From contig CM082580.2 in NCBI GenBank assembly GCA_040954595.2, positions 11,856,909 to 11,920,908 of the forward strand: a DNA stretch of 64,000 nucleotides, given 5' to 3'. A program made the position numbers and the translations under genes. Source of the DNA: Balanoglossus misakiensis (Eukaryota; Animalia; Hemichordata). Shown in pieces: positions 38,501-51,343 of the stretch. A model generated the notes under the pieces. The model did not search any database, was not told the DNA's origin, and was given only the letters and a program-made list of their open reading frames with translations. Within the stretch, counting starts at the first letter, position 1. Each line of letters opens with the position of its first letter.

Positions 38501-41500
38501 TGAAGAAAAAAAACTATCATATTTGTTATATTGTTGTTTAAGTGATAGCCACTGAATGTTTGTTAAAATAATCATAATTAGTGTATTTTCATTCAGTGTA
38601 TGTGCATGTGTGGATGCAGTGCATTAATTCAGTCTATAGATTGCATATTGTGTATATCTCACTGTATAGCACAACGTATAATCACAAAATTCACTACATT
38701 GATGGTTCACCACACTTTTGCATGAGTTTGAATTACATGACATCATGTATCACATATAAAGTGTACTGGATTGTAACATTCTTTTATATGGAATTTCAAT
38801 AGCGTAGCTGTTGCTCTCTGAGCCAAAAGACATGATCTGTAACACAGTGGTCTAAAGTCGACCATAGATACCTAAAAATAGCTTTTCGAGTTCTTGCATG
38901 AGTTGTAGTTTTAATTCAACTTATCAGAAAAATGGGTATTGTTTAATGAGGTTGAAAGTGCACCCTTGTAAATCATGTTGCACAGTTTCAAGAAATTAAC
39001 TCAAGTTGATATATAATGCCAAGGAAATTTGAAATTTGTGATTTTCTTCTGCCTGTTGCCTTCACACATCTCAACTTTCTTGAGATCTTATACATTTCAC
39101 AATAACCATTAAACTAACTCTTGTCATTTCATTTCTGCGTTCTCAATACTGGTTTCATCTTCTACTAACACTCTACTGCTTGTAGAAAAATTCAAGCCTG
39201 CAAGATGAGTTATCTGAGGTACTGACCTTAACTCTTTTCTCTGTTGTCGAACATTTCTCTATGTTACCAAGTTGTTTTCCTCACATGTTGTGATCTGTCA
39301 GGAACATTTTTCGAAAAAAGAATACTTTAAATATAGGGGTTTTATCTCTTTTTGGATGATTTAATTATTGTAAGGAGTTCATTTCTTAAGTAATAGTTTG
39401 GTCGTAGATATGAAGTATTTCAACTGCAGCCACCAGCTTATGTGCTCAGACAAACTTTTATTACCAGTATCATCAATTTCAGTTGGCATGGTGATCGTGT
39501 GTAAATACCATCCCTGTTAATTAACCAACAACCAGTCTTTCATTTCTCTAGGTGGAGTTTTTCCTAGCTGCATATAGCACCTGCATGAACTAACCCTTAA
39601 TTACCCAACCCCCAATATGACTGTATATGTGACCATGATCCTCACCTCAAGCAATGTTCTCTTCGCATTCATTAACCATTCTTCGTTTATTTCATTCTCT
39701 TCCCAGGCAACCAAAGGTGAGTCAGAACCTCCCAGAAAAGGTAGAATGAATAGGCAGGGCTCGATCATGTCCAACTATTTCAGTCCTAGCCCTCCCAAAA
39801 GGTGAAGTATCACATTTTCTCATTTACCTATTCTTTTCTTTTTTCTGAATACTTTGTACGGATTATCCATATGGAGTATGGATTCTCTCGGCTGAGATGT
39901 AGTATTATCCAAATTTATGTTAACTTAACATATGCTAATCTTCAGCAGAAGTTTCCTGAACTTCAGAAGGAACACCATCTCCTATTGAGTCTCTGCCATG
40001 ACTGCAAAGTGTATACGTGCTAAGATGTGGTTTGATTTTTTTTCATAATGTTGTGTGAATATTTGATATTTTGGGGGTTAATTACTAACACAAAGTGTGC
40101 TGTGTATTTTGCTGTGTGTGGTTTGTATCAGCTCACATTGTCTGATCGTGACCAGACACTTTGGTTGTGTGATTGTACTTTATAGGTACTACATGACTCT
40201 GTTGGCTCATTACAACATTTCCAGTTTACCTGAGATATATTTTGAAGTCTTGTGTACTAATAAATCTGCCATCAATAGTAACAGTCACTGAAATATACTT
40301 TTGCTTAGCTCTCATCCCTCCTCTGTCTACAGAAAAGCATTACAGAAATCAGCGAAGAGGGGAGAGGAGGTAGAAGAAGTGGTGGACGGGGAATTGAGGG
40401 GGGAAGACGGAGAGGAGGAAGATGATGATGATGATGGTGTAGCAACTGAAGATGACATAGAAGTAGACGACGATGATTATTATATTCAGAAAATGAAAGA
40501 AAATGGGGGTACAGTGAATGGAGTTACAGAAGGACAACTCCAGGCTTCTAGAATAGATGAATTACATGTTGGCCAGTCAAGAGGAGCAAGTGACATTAGC
40601 AACGGAGCAAGAAATCACTTAGAACGCACAGATACAGCTAAGAAGAAACAAATGATGAAGTAAGTGTGTGTATACAGTGACCACTGCACACACTTATGCA
40701 CTGATAGGCATTGAAACTACACTTATGCTTGTACTTGATTTTTCCAATATTTAAATACATATTTTTTTCATGTGAAAGTTCTAATCCAAGGTTTTATTCT
40801 TAATTGTCAGAAATGGTTCAGCAACAATGGTATCGGAGGATTCAGAAGACAGCACCTTGTCAAGTGGCAGCACTCACTCACCAACATCTCCAAGAGCTGA
40901 ACCGGTAGGATGTCAAGCTAGTCCTGTTAACTCAGTCTCACATGTGAGTTTAACTACTAACACACTAGCAGTCAGTCTGTCTCCCAATTCCCAGGGCTTG
41001 ACCCATCTCCTCGATGCTGTCCAGAGGGGGTTCATTGGATTGGAGGAGGTAGAGGGAGGGGGGTTTCACCAAGAAGGGGGGGGGGTGAATAGATGACCTA
41101 TGCTGAACAGAAGCCCTTTAGATGTTGGTAGTTGATCTCCAATTTCTGCTCAAATTAATCAAGCTTAATTACTTTTAATGTGCATGCAAACTAAAGTAAA
41201 ACAAATCTATCTGTTTCTAAACACTCCTGCAATTATCTTTTCTAAAACTTTACTCTGTCTGTGATTATATTTCCTTCTCTATGTATTAATATAACTTTGT
41301 AAAAAATATTGCAATTCAAATATTTATTTTCTAGTTGCTGCAAATGTGGATGTTTTAATCTTTATTTAACACACAAGTCATACACAGTTGGACATAACAT
41401 ATTAGCACACTTGATGTATTCTTGAGTTTGATTTATTGTGTTTTCTTCCTTACAGGAAATCTTGTCGCCACTTCCAAAGACCCCAGAAAGAGTGTACAAA

Positions 41501-42457
41501 GTTGTGTTTGTTGGAGACAGTGGCGTTGGCAAAAGTAGTTTTATTTATAGGTTTTGTAAAGACTCATTCAAATCCAACTTCAGTGCAACAATAGGTATGT
41601 AAGCATATTTCTGTCTTGTTCAGCACACTTATTAGTCTTGCATTACAATAATTACAATCCAAAATTAAAATACATATTCTTTTTAAGACTTCTAAATATC
41701 TCTTTTTTCCACAGGAGTTGATTTCCAAGTAAAGAACATTATCGTAGATCGCAAGATGGTTGCACTGCAGCTTTGGGACACTGCTGGACAGGAGAGATTC
41801 CGAAGTATCACCAAACAATATTTCAGAAAAGCAGATGGTGTCTTAGTGGTGTATGATATCAGCTCAGAAAGTAGTTTTACAAGTGTAAGGAACTGGATGA
41901 GTAGTGTTCAGGTAGGCTGTCATCCATCTCACAACCATCATACACAAAAACCAAAGAAAGCAGACACAACTCCAGGTGGCCTTCTGTAGTTGTACAAAAT
42001 TGCATAGCAGTAGTACTAAATAGCTCGATGTTAACAATATGAAAAATCACCCATAGTTACATGTTTGCATTTTTTGACAGGATGGGGTGGAAGAGGGAAC
42101 TGTGACCTTGATTCTGGGAAACAAAGTCGACCTTGACGACCAACGACAGGTCAAGCAGAAAGAAGGACACAAACTTGCAGAGGTATGACAACATCTTTAC
42201 TAACGTCTGCTCATGGTCCCCTTATCCCTTCATTCTTTATTTTCAATTCATTTTGTACATCATGTGTTTTGCCATGACAGGAATATGAAAGTTTGTTCTA
42301 TGAGGCAAGTGCTAAGTCTGGCTACAACGTGGACGAGTGCATCCAGGCAATGGCCAGAAAACTACAAGAACGAGAAGACAGAGAAATCGAAAAAACGCTG
42401 ACATTGGGAATGGATCATGTTGGAAAGAAGAAGGGATGCTGTCCAATAGGAGATTAA
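29544..42457 (+). CDS. CRACR2A: EF-hand, coiled-coil and Rab GTPase protein (CRACR2A/EFCAB4B, Rab46-like)
   Basis: Exons 29544-29793, 29937-30090, 34088-34234, 36213-36303, 36507-36602, 36962-37033, 37179-37294, 37390-37461, 37614-37668, (39186-39218), 39707-39801, 40333-40659, 40811-40943, 41456-41594, 41715-41911, 42081-42182, 42281-42457. EF-hands [17 protein letters not shown] and [13 protein letters not shown]; coiled coil [14 protein letters not shown]; Rab motifs [31 protein letters not shown]; ends [10 protein letters not shown]. Confidence 0.93.
34704..34716 (+). promoter_or_regulatory. DR1 nuclear-receptor element in a CRACR2A intron
   Basis: GGGTCA-A-AGGTCA, a consensus direct repeat with 1-nt spacer, next to a G-rich run. 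Confidence 0.45.
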
Positions 42458-43006
42458 GTAGACTTGATGGACATTGTATCTTGTCTCTTGTTGTATGGAG
42501 AGATGGGTTTGATGGTCTAATACATCAAAGGGGTTTGCAAAATCACTTGCCAAACATAATGTGATACTTAAAATGTAGCTTAGATAGATAACAACTCAAA
42601 ACATCAAAACTATCTGAAGAACTTGATTCAGAAACCAACCAGGAACATATCTTACCGGTACCATAGATATTGTTAATGATGACATAAAGGTCAGGGGGCA
42701 TATTTTTGGACTCCAGCCATTTTGTCACCATTTCCTTTTCTTTTTTTTCAGTTTTAAAAAAACACATTCAAAGATTATTTGCTTTCTTTTGTCTTTAAAT
42801 TCTCTTTATTGTTTATGTTGTCCATTGCCGACTGTAGTTTCAGATAGAAACTGTAGTGTCTATACGTTAAGCATCCAAAATATCAGTCGTATAAACTATA
42901 TCTTGTTGCAATAATAACAGATCTGTTTAGACTACATTTGCATGAACGACAGTAATTGGAATAGAATTAGCCAAGAAAAGTCTGTGTCTGTTCCCATGGA
43001 TTATTA

Positions 43007-44453
43007 GTGCCTTACGTGATATGCAAATCTGCGACTGTAATCATGTCAAAAAAAATGACATTTGTACAGATTATCAGAGAGTACAGTGAAGGTTTTGGTA
43101 TTGCAATACATCATGTACATTTATTTATTCAATCATTTTCTTTAGAAATTTATCACCTAAATGGTGGGAAATACTGGATCATTTAAATGCAAATCTATTT
43201 GAGAATTAAAGGGTTAGGATTTAGGATTAGTGGATTTTCACATTGCGAGACAAATGTTATTATAATACCATTAGTGCCTTTAATCCATTAAAGTCTTCCT
43301 GAGGTATTGTGGTTATGCATATTTGAATTGATGCACCAGATTTGAGATTTTTTTTTCAGTCAATATTAATTTATCAGAATGTCTCATAAGTATTTATTGT
43401 TTACATACCATGTTTGTGTGTATATATGCTGGTTTTGGCTTTAAGAGTGATGTCAATAATCTCTATATATAATTCTTGCCATTCATTTACCATTTGTCTG
43501 GAGTTATTGACTTTGTCAAACATTACCTCCTATTGTTTACAAAGTTACGTGCTGAAGATTGTCTGATGTTAGGGAATATTTCAGTGCACTTACATGTGTG
43601 GGGTATACTCACAAACCTAAATGGTAGATGTGTCAGGCTTTTGGTCAATAATCATGTCCATTTTTTCTTATTTTTGGTTAACTCACCTGCCAGATGTTTG
43701 ACACAAGTAGTATTTTGACTTCACGGAACTTGATCCACTAGTAGAGTCTCGTTACCATGGTTACTTGTTGGAAGTGCCTTAATGTATACCATTTTAGTGC
43801 CTTTAAAAGACATGTTGCCTTCAAGAACTAAATGATAAATGTACTCAGAGTGCCTTACAAAGTGTTGATAACAAATCACTGTATTTATCAAATTGCAGAT
43901 TTACAAACCTAATTAGCTGATTAGGCTCAAATGTTAGCCAGATCACCCATAATGCAATAATGAAATCATCCAAACCTAGAAGATATCGTCATTTGATGCC
44001 TCCACCAATGAATGTTCGTGAACTTGCTCCTTTTCACTGGCTCATGTACTGTCTAATTGTTTTCATATTATTTAATAATTGGGTAATGTAAACTTTTTAT
44101 TTACAAATATTATACCAAATAGTTTTCAAGAATATTAATTTATTAGGGATTTGCACATAGAAGAAATTGAAGTGACCACTTCAAAGTAGCCTCTGCCCAT
44201 ATGGTCCACAAATCACAATCACTAAACAGGTTATTCCATTATATTTACAGATAGGGTAGTTATCAACATTCCAGAGGGGAATATTTAAAAATGGCTTGTT
44301 AGATCACCCCTTGTAATTTTTCTTGTAGCAGTTACACTTTGCACCTACAACCAAGCTCAGCTAGCTGTAGATGGACAATCTCCACCCTCTCAGTAACATA
44401 TCAATGAAAGATCAAAACCTAGTATGAGACTTATTTATTCAGCAGGTGCCTTA
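43007..44453 (+). promoter_or_regulatory. Cluster of miR-124 seed-match sites in the CRACR2A 3' UTR
   Basis: GTGCCTTA at 43007, 43774, 43850 and 44446; GTGCCTT at 43274 and 43797; TGCCTT at 43816. Confidence 0.7.
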
Positions 44454-45142
44454 GAAAATACAATATGGTATGTACATTTCAAACTTTCAGCAAATTTCAA
44501 ATGATGTAATATTTGTGCGTGTTTACATGTATGTATGATGTACTAACTGTCTCATGTATATGTATATGATTTCGTCCTGGTGGATGGGTTGTACAGCTGT
44601 TGAACTGGCAGTCCTTTCATTGAGGTCTAATATCTGTCCATGATTTTTGGAAAATATACATTGAAGTCTTGTTTCTCAAGTGATACATTGTTGCTGTCAT
44701 TACGTTATCATTTCCTCTCTAAGACAAACCAGTACATACTTTACAAGCAGCGAACATGATTCTTTAATGATAAATACATGCTGTATGAAGAAGTTGAACT
44801 TTCCGTTTCTGTCGGATTTAGTCCATCATTTCAAAAATGTGAATGATAATGTTCATATCTTTATGATGTTCATGTCTTTATAAGACAATAACTAAGGCGT
44901 TTTAGTGGCAAGAAATTTTATCTAAATTCACAGCTACCAAAGAACACATACAGAACACAAATCTGAGAAATAAGTTAGAAAGACAGCGTCCCCATCCTGT
45001 AAAGATGATAACGATTTTAGGAGGCCCTAACAGTGTTTCAATGACTGGTTGGGAACACGGCATCCTGCTCATGGGCACAGCAACCTATGCATAGTGTTTC
45101 TGAATTCCACCAAGCAGTGTGTCTATTGCATTGTGAATGAGA

Positions 45143-48100
45143 TTAGTTGACCACACCCAGTTGTCTTCCAACGGCGACGAAAGCATCAACTGCGTGATCG
45201 ATATCTCCCTCTGAATGAGCAGCTGAGACCTGAACACGGATTCTTGCTTTACCTGTGAATAATAAAAACAAAATTGTCTTGATATTCAGATAAAAAGAAA
45301 AAATACCCTCAGTAAAGACTGACAAGATTTTATTAATTTAAGAATGTTGTTTACAAACTAGTTTTGTTGATACAATTTGATTGACTATGTGATGTTTGAA
45401 GAACTGCATTATATCTTTCAATTGTGAATTGAGACGACATGAAACCATAGGCTCACAACAGAACTAAGTACTGTATTGTATACATATCATATACTGAAGC
45501 ATGAAAGAGGACTCACCTTTGGGAACTACTGGGAAACTGAATCCAATAACATAAATGCCTTGTTTTAACATTTCATCGGCAAACTTAACAGCCAATGCTG
45601 CATCTCCCAGCATGATTGGACAGATCGGATGGCCATCACCCTGAAATCAGGAAAGAAATTGAAGTTTTTGAAAAATATTAAATAGAATTAATTTACAGTA
45701 CACTGAGCACTACACATCATACATTAAAGTTGAATTCAGTTCTACTTACTCCAAGATTGAAGCCAGCATCTGTCATCTTGTCCCGAAATCTCTTGGTGTT
45801 TGAGGTTACCGCGTCAACCAGACAACTGTCTTGCGTCAGCAAATCAAAAACCTGTGTAGATATGTACATGTATTTCAATGCGATCAAACCATCTATAACT
45901 TTTAATCATATATCTTATTACCTGCATTGATATTGTGAGACAGTCAATGAATATCTTTGGTCCACAAACAGTCAATTTGTCAAGTTTAAGGGCTTCTACC
46001 GGAATGAAACATAGTCTGCTTTTCATCAACAAATGTTTTCTCAACCCTGCAACTTACTTTCGAGGCACTTGCAACAACAGGTGGTGGCAATGTATTGGAG
46101 AATAAATACGGTCTTGACTTTTGTCGTAGAAGATCAATCAAAGCCTGGGGTCCAGAAGTATACCCACCTTCAAGATAGAAGAGAATAAATCATGATGAAA
46201 CTAACATGCATGTTAGACTGGTAACAGTTTACACACATTCATTACCTCATAATTTCTATGAAACTTACATTTCAATGTCCAAGATAACTGATAACTGAAA
46301 GTCAACCCTCACCTGCAGCGCCACCAAGTGCTTTGCCAAGAGTGGAATTAATGATATCTATTCTGCTAGGTATATTCAGAAACTCTTCGGTTCCACGCCC
46401 TGTCTTTCCAAAGAATCCAGTGGCATGACACTCGTCAATGAAGGTTAAAGCCTTGTACTTGTCTGCCAAGTCAGCAATCTCCCTGTGTGGTACAGAAATA
46501 TTGCACGTTGATATTCAACCCTGATGCTCACCCATGACTCCAGTTAGCATGGTATCCAAAATCTACTTGTATGAGCATTGAGCAAGTACAAATCTATGGG
46601 TCCCACTAATGGGTCACTTACTTGAGGGGTGCCACATTTCCATCCATGCTGAAGACACCATCTGTAGCTATTAGCTTCATTCTGGCATTGGAGCCTGACA
46701 GATGAGTTTCAAGATCTGAATGTGACAAAATAGAAAGTGACAATGAACAGAAAACACTCTTACAGTCACAGCAAAAGTGACATTAGTGGACTAAAGTACA
46801 TGTAGTATTGAATTTCACAGCCAATAGTAGTCAATGAATTATGGGTTGAGAACATTTCATTTAGACATATAAAACTTGCCGCCCTCACCTGCCATATCTC
46901 TATGTTTGTATCTGTGCTTCTGGGCTTTACACAGACGAATGCCATCGATAATGGATGCATGGTTGAGCTCGTCAGAGAAAACACCATCTTCTGGAGTCAG
47001 TAAGGCCTCAAAGATGCCAGCATTAGCATCAAAACAGCTCGCATACAAAATGGTGTCGTCGCGGTTGTGGAATTTGGAAATTTTCTCTTCCAGTTCCTTG
47101 TGAATGTCCTGTGTATGAAATGATTAACAATGATGAAAAGGAGAGACATACATTCAGTTCAAATTGGACACAAATTTCCTTTCAATGGGCAAAGTCGAGA
47201 ATCTCATGAATGCATACATACCTGGGTTCCACAAATGAATCTCACTGAACTCAGACCAGCACCATACTTATCCAAGGCGGCCTTAGCTGCTAAAATCACT
47301 TCTGGATGGCTCTGAAGTCAAGAGAAAATGGCAGGTCTAAACAGGTCAGTTATACACTCTAAGAAGTTGTTACCTGCCCAGAGTAGTTCCCCCTGGAAAT
47401 TTGCCACTAAGACATTTCTCTCCCTTGGGTTAGGGATAGGGCTGATAAGGTAAATGTTCAGGGGGTTACGCTCCTAGAACCCAGGGGCAGACAGTCTGGC
47501 AGTGATTCCTCACACTGTAAATACTCACAGATAAACCAAGATAATTGTTGGCGCAGAAGTTGAGGATCTTTTTCTCTGTTCCAACAACTTGTATGGATGC
47601 AGCTTGCTTCGAGGTGATGACTCTCTCTGCCTTGTAGGTCCCTGCCTCTCTGATTGCAGACAAAGTTTCACCCAAAATATCATTCATGGAATCCACAGCT
47701 GGTTTGGCTGCATATCCCCTGGCAAACAGGGCTGGCCACTTTGACTTGGCTGCGAGACACCATTGTGCGCTTCCTAAGAAACAAAAACACCTCATGTGAT
47801 AATGGGACAAAAGATGATATAAAACGGCTGGGGTCCATGTGGTGTAACAAAATTATCAACCACACAATTGGCAGCCTGCATGGTACGTGTTTGATCTCTG
47901 ACCATAATATTGATGATACCCTCACCATACCTGGGGCTCAGGCATCTTCAATATTATGGTTCTGTGCAGGCTACAAACATGATCAGGGTGCCCTCAATCA
48001 CTATCATGTTTTATTACTTAATTAGAAAGGTTATCAAGAAGGTCGCGAGATAAACTATGTCCCAGTGTGTACAGAGGTCATTGCAGGCATAATATGGTCA

Positions 48101-48709
48101 ATTTCTGCATATGATCGATTCACCACCTGAGTGTGTACACAGGACTACTACATGTATATGAGCGAATACATACAAAATGTCAATTTTAAGAATGAATTAT
48201 CGGCCGGGGCTATAACCCCCCCCCCCCCTTCTTAAAAATCTATCATCCCTAAAAAACCCTCGCATCCCGCCCTCAGGCGGGCGCTGCGGGCAATGTAGAT
48301 CTGTACGCACAGCCTTCCGTTGCCTCCGTCTGGTAGATGATACATGACACAATCAGCAAAACCTCGTGTTGCTGTGATGAACAGGTGTAAACACAGCTCT
48401 GTTGTGGCAGTATATTATAGTTAGTAGGGTCATTTAGAGGTAGCCGTGACCTCAACAGTACAGTGGCTGTACACATGCCATTTGTTGTGAAACTGATCAG
48501 ATATGTACATGTACAGTACACACGATATTCGTGCGTAAGAATTCGTTCTGTATGGTCATCAATTACATGTTTACTATTTACAACCCGAAATTTGCAGACT
48601 ACGTACTCAGAAATATGTCTAGAGTCAATCAACGGAAGTAAAAAAGTCACCATACGTTGACAAATTTACGGGGAAGGTAACTGCACTTACTTGTCAATGA
48701 AGTCGCCAT
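45143..48709 (-). CDS. GCAT: Mitochondrial 2-amino-3-ketobutyrate CoA ligase (glycine C-acetyltransferase)
   Basis: Exons (-) 48709-48691, 47773-47529, 47311-47222, 47108-46889, 46715-46622, 46482-46313, 46167-46058, 45851-45750, 45640-45517, 45252-45143. Presequence-like [28 protein letters not shown]; [51 protein letters not shown] lysine [20 protein letters not shown]. Confidence 0.97.
47389..47465. mobile_element. Small MITE-like remnant in a GCAT intron
   Basis: Imperfect 14-bp inverted repeats CCCCCTGGAAATTT / AAATGTTCAGGGGG (2 mismatches) enclosing a GGTTAGGGATAGGG motif. Confidence 0.3.
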
Positions 48710-48782
48710 TTTGACTGTACGTTCCAATGAGAGACGGCGCCTACCTGATCGACCAATGGGATCAGTATTATCGAGTGGGCGT
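48705..48782. promoter_or_regulatory. GCAT proximal promoter motifs
   Basis: YY1-type GCCATTTT over the start codon, CCAAT at 48724 and 48753, GGGCGT at about 48777. Confidence 0.4.
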
Positions 48783-49481
48783 GTCTGGGGTAAGGTCATG
48801 TCTGGTTCCAAAGACCTTCTGGGTGACAGAACTGGGTCGGGAGCAAGTGGGGTGCGTGAAAACTAATACTGCTGTACCGTTTACGGCCTTTGGGCGAATA
48901 TTTTGGCTTTTTGGTACTTATACTGCCAGACTCAGAATGTCTTGTTTGACATACTTGATTTTTGGGGAGGCCTTTTTTCTATATTTGATATTCATGAATT
49001 GACTTTTGTTAGATGTAATCGGAAGTGGAGCTGGAAGCTTAGAATTACAAAATGAAGAAAGAAAGAATACCTTGTTCAATTAATAATATATTTTATTCAA
49101 CAAATTTCAAAAATTTTATTAATTTCATTTTAAAATCTAACATACTAATAAGTATAACTTAAAATACTGCTAAAAATATGGCATGAATTTCATAAATAGA
49201 TTCTTACAAAAGTTTACAAGTAACTACATTTTCACCAATTGGCAAGAAGAAATCCATACAAATAGTATACAAAATAATTGTAAACTGCACATAAGTCATT
49301 ATTAGAAGCCAGTGATGGTTCACATAGCTTTGTCCCCTGCTATTGGCATCTGTGCAGAGCAAAACATATAATAAAACAAAAATAACATGAAAGTGATCTT
49401 ATTCATGTTGTGTGAAATTGTAAAGTATGTAAATAGTCAAAGAGTAATGGCATCATTCATGTTTTTTTTGTAGTGTAGAGA

Positions 49482-50010
49482 TCACAGTGCCCCACAGTCT
49501 TTCAGCATTGGTTCAAGCTTTCCAGATTCTTGAAGTGAACGTGTTTCAGTTCCACCACCAATACAGTGACCTTTGACAAACACCCTTGGTACCTGAAAAT
49601 GTCAAAGAGAAGAAACACATCATACGATCATAGTTGATATATGATGACAGACCTGTTAATCTTGATATATAATAATACAGTATACGAAATAGCTCAGTTC
49701 ATAGATCTTCACTAAAAATGCAGATATCAAAATGATAAAATGACTGATGAGTACACCCGAGTCCATTACTTACAGTGCTAGCCCCTGTCATATGTGATAA
49801 TATGTTTTGCATTTGCCTTCCGTCCTTGCGTTTGTCAAGTTCAACCACTTCATATCTAGCTCCGAGGTCATTCAGCACTTCCTTGGCCATGCGGCAATAT
49901 GGACAGTGAGTCTTCGAAAAGACGACGACACACTTTTCCTGTATGATGGTTTCAATGAACTTGGCTTCCTCAGAGTTCATATCAACTTCTTGAGACGAAG
50001 AAAGCCCCAT
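49482..50010 (-). CDS. GLRX2: Dithiol glutaredoxin, GLRX2-like
   Basis: Exons 50010-49774 and 49592-49482: MGLSSSQ...CVVVFSKTHCPYCRMAK...MTGAST/VPRVFVKGHCIGGGTET...KDCGAL*. CPYC active site with TVP and IGG glutathione-binding motifs. Acceptor at 50031-50032 and upstream donors (50319, 50431) imply non-coding first exons. Confidence 0.9.
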
Positions 50011-51343
50011 TTTTAGTGTGTTATCAGCAGCTGAAAGCAAACATAGATCGGTTGTCTGTTTGTGTTGACAAATATTTCGAGGGAGTGGCAGCAGAAAAGC
50101 TCTGCAATGATGATGATGCTCGTGCGGTAGAACGATGTAAGAAACGACCTGACTGCAATGATTGTAAACCTCTCCAATGACATTTATTGTAATCAACACA
50201 AATGTAAGTTTACCTTATTTAATCCAAGGTAACGATCACTAGATATATAATGTACGTATGTGTGGATCCCCTAGGCCTTCGGAACTTCTTTGCTCGTGTA
50301 TTTGTTTGTTTGTACTTACCTCACGTAAAGGGAAATATCAAACGGGGAGTTGAGGGGACTGAACAGTGCGAACAGGTTGTACATGTATATAGGGAAGGTG
50401 ATTTCATACATACACTGTACATTATACTCACCTGTAGTAGGCTGAGCAAAATAAATTGTTTGGCTAGGCAGGTAATCGACCCGCACGAAACCTGAACTGC
50501 TGACTCCTTCAAGTAAAGCTTTTTAATCGAATGAAGTCTCGCCAGAATTCAATACATCTGTACTGCATTTGCTAGGAAGAGGTCACGTCCTTTGATGGTG
50601 GAGAACATTATCTCATGAAAATAATCACACATGTTCAAACGCGCCAGAAATAGTGCAAAGCGTTTATTTTTCACTAATCATGATAATATTTCTCTCAAAC
50701 AACTTTAACTAAAACACACTTTAATATTAAAAAGACAGCCACTTGTTTTTCAGAAACTTTTAATATTTTTGCACACTTCGGAAGTCTTTGAAGATTTATC
50801 CATATAGGCCTAATAATAGTAAGGGCCAAACGAGTTGTCAAATAAATGAAAACTATACAAGGCATGCGCACGACCCCTACACCAAAGTGTCACCAAACCA
50901 ATAGGAAATATTTACACCAAATAATAAATTTATATGTATATGAAGATCCCTAAAGAGACGACTTTGCAATTGCGACAAATCTTATTTACAAAACTCTTAG
51001 AACGTTTTTCGGTGCTGAACACGAAGTCCGTTGTTTGAAATGAGTCGGGGACAAGGAAGAGATGATGAGTTAATTAACTTAGTAAAGCTTGTTTTCAGAG
51101 TAAAACAGTCAAATGTTCCGTGTAATCCATCCAAGATTGCCAATCAATCTCGAAGGCGTTAACAAAGTCCTCAAAATTGACTTGAACTATGCCACTTCAC
51201 GCTTGATAACATTGATGTATTTGTTGTGTTCCAAAACAGAACAGTCCGTTTCACCTGCTCAGGGAAAAGTTGATTTGCTTTTGTTTATCTTGCTCGTTAT
51301 CCGTCAAAATTACATACCGGATATTTTCCGTTCTATATAATAA

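Noticed and set aside
39716-39722. Perfect internal donor AAG|GTGAGT inside a CRACR2A exon
   Set aside because: Its use gives phase 1, incompatible with the phase-2 acceptor at 40333.
537-50010. Functional sulfur/one-carbon/zinc cluster (Zn-dependent BHMT x2, ZIP, GCAT, GLRX)
   Set aside because: Thematically tempting, but unrelated genes are interspersed and nothing in the sequence shows co-regulation; it would need conserved synteny evidence.
50011-50199. N-terminal extension of the glutaredoxin ORF (His-rich, 63 aa)
   Set aside because: Begins at a non-ATG codon and crosses a clear acceptor at 50031-50032; intronic read-through.
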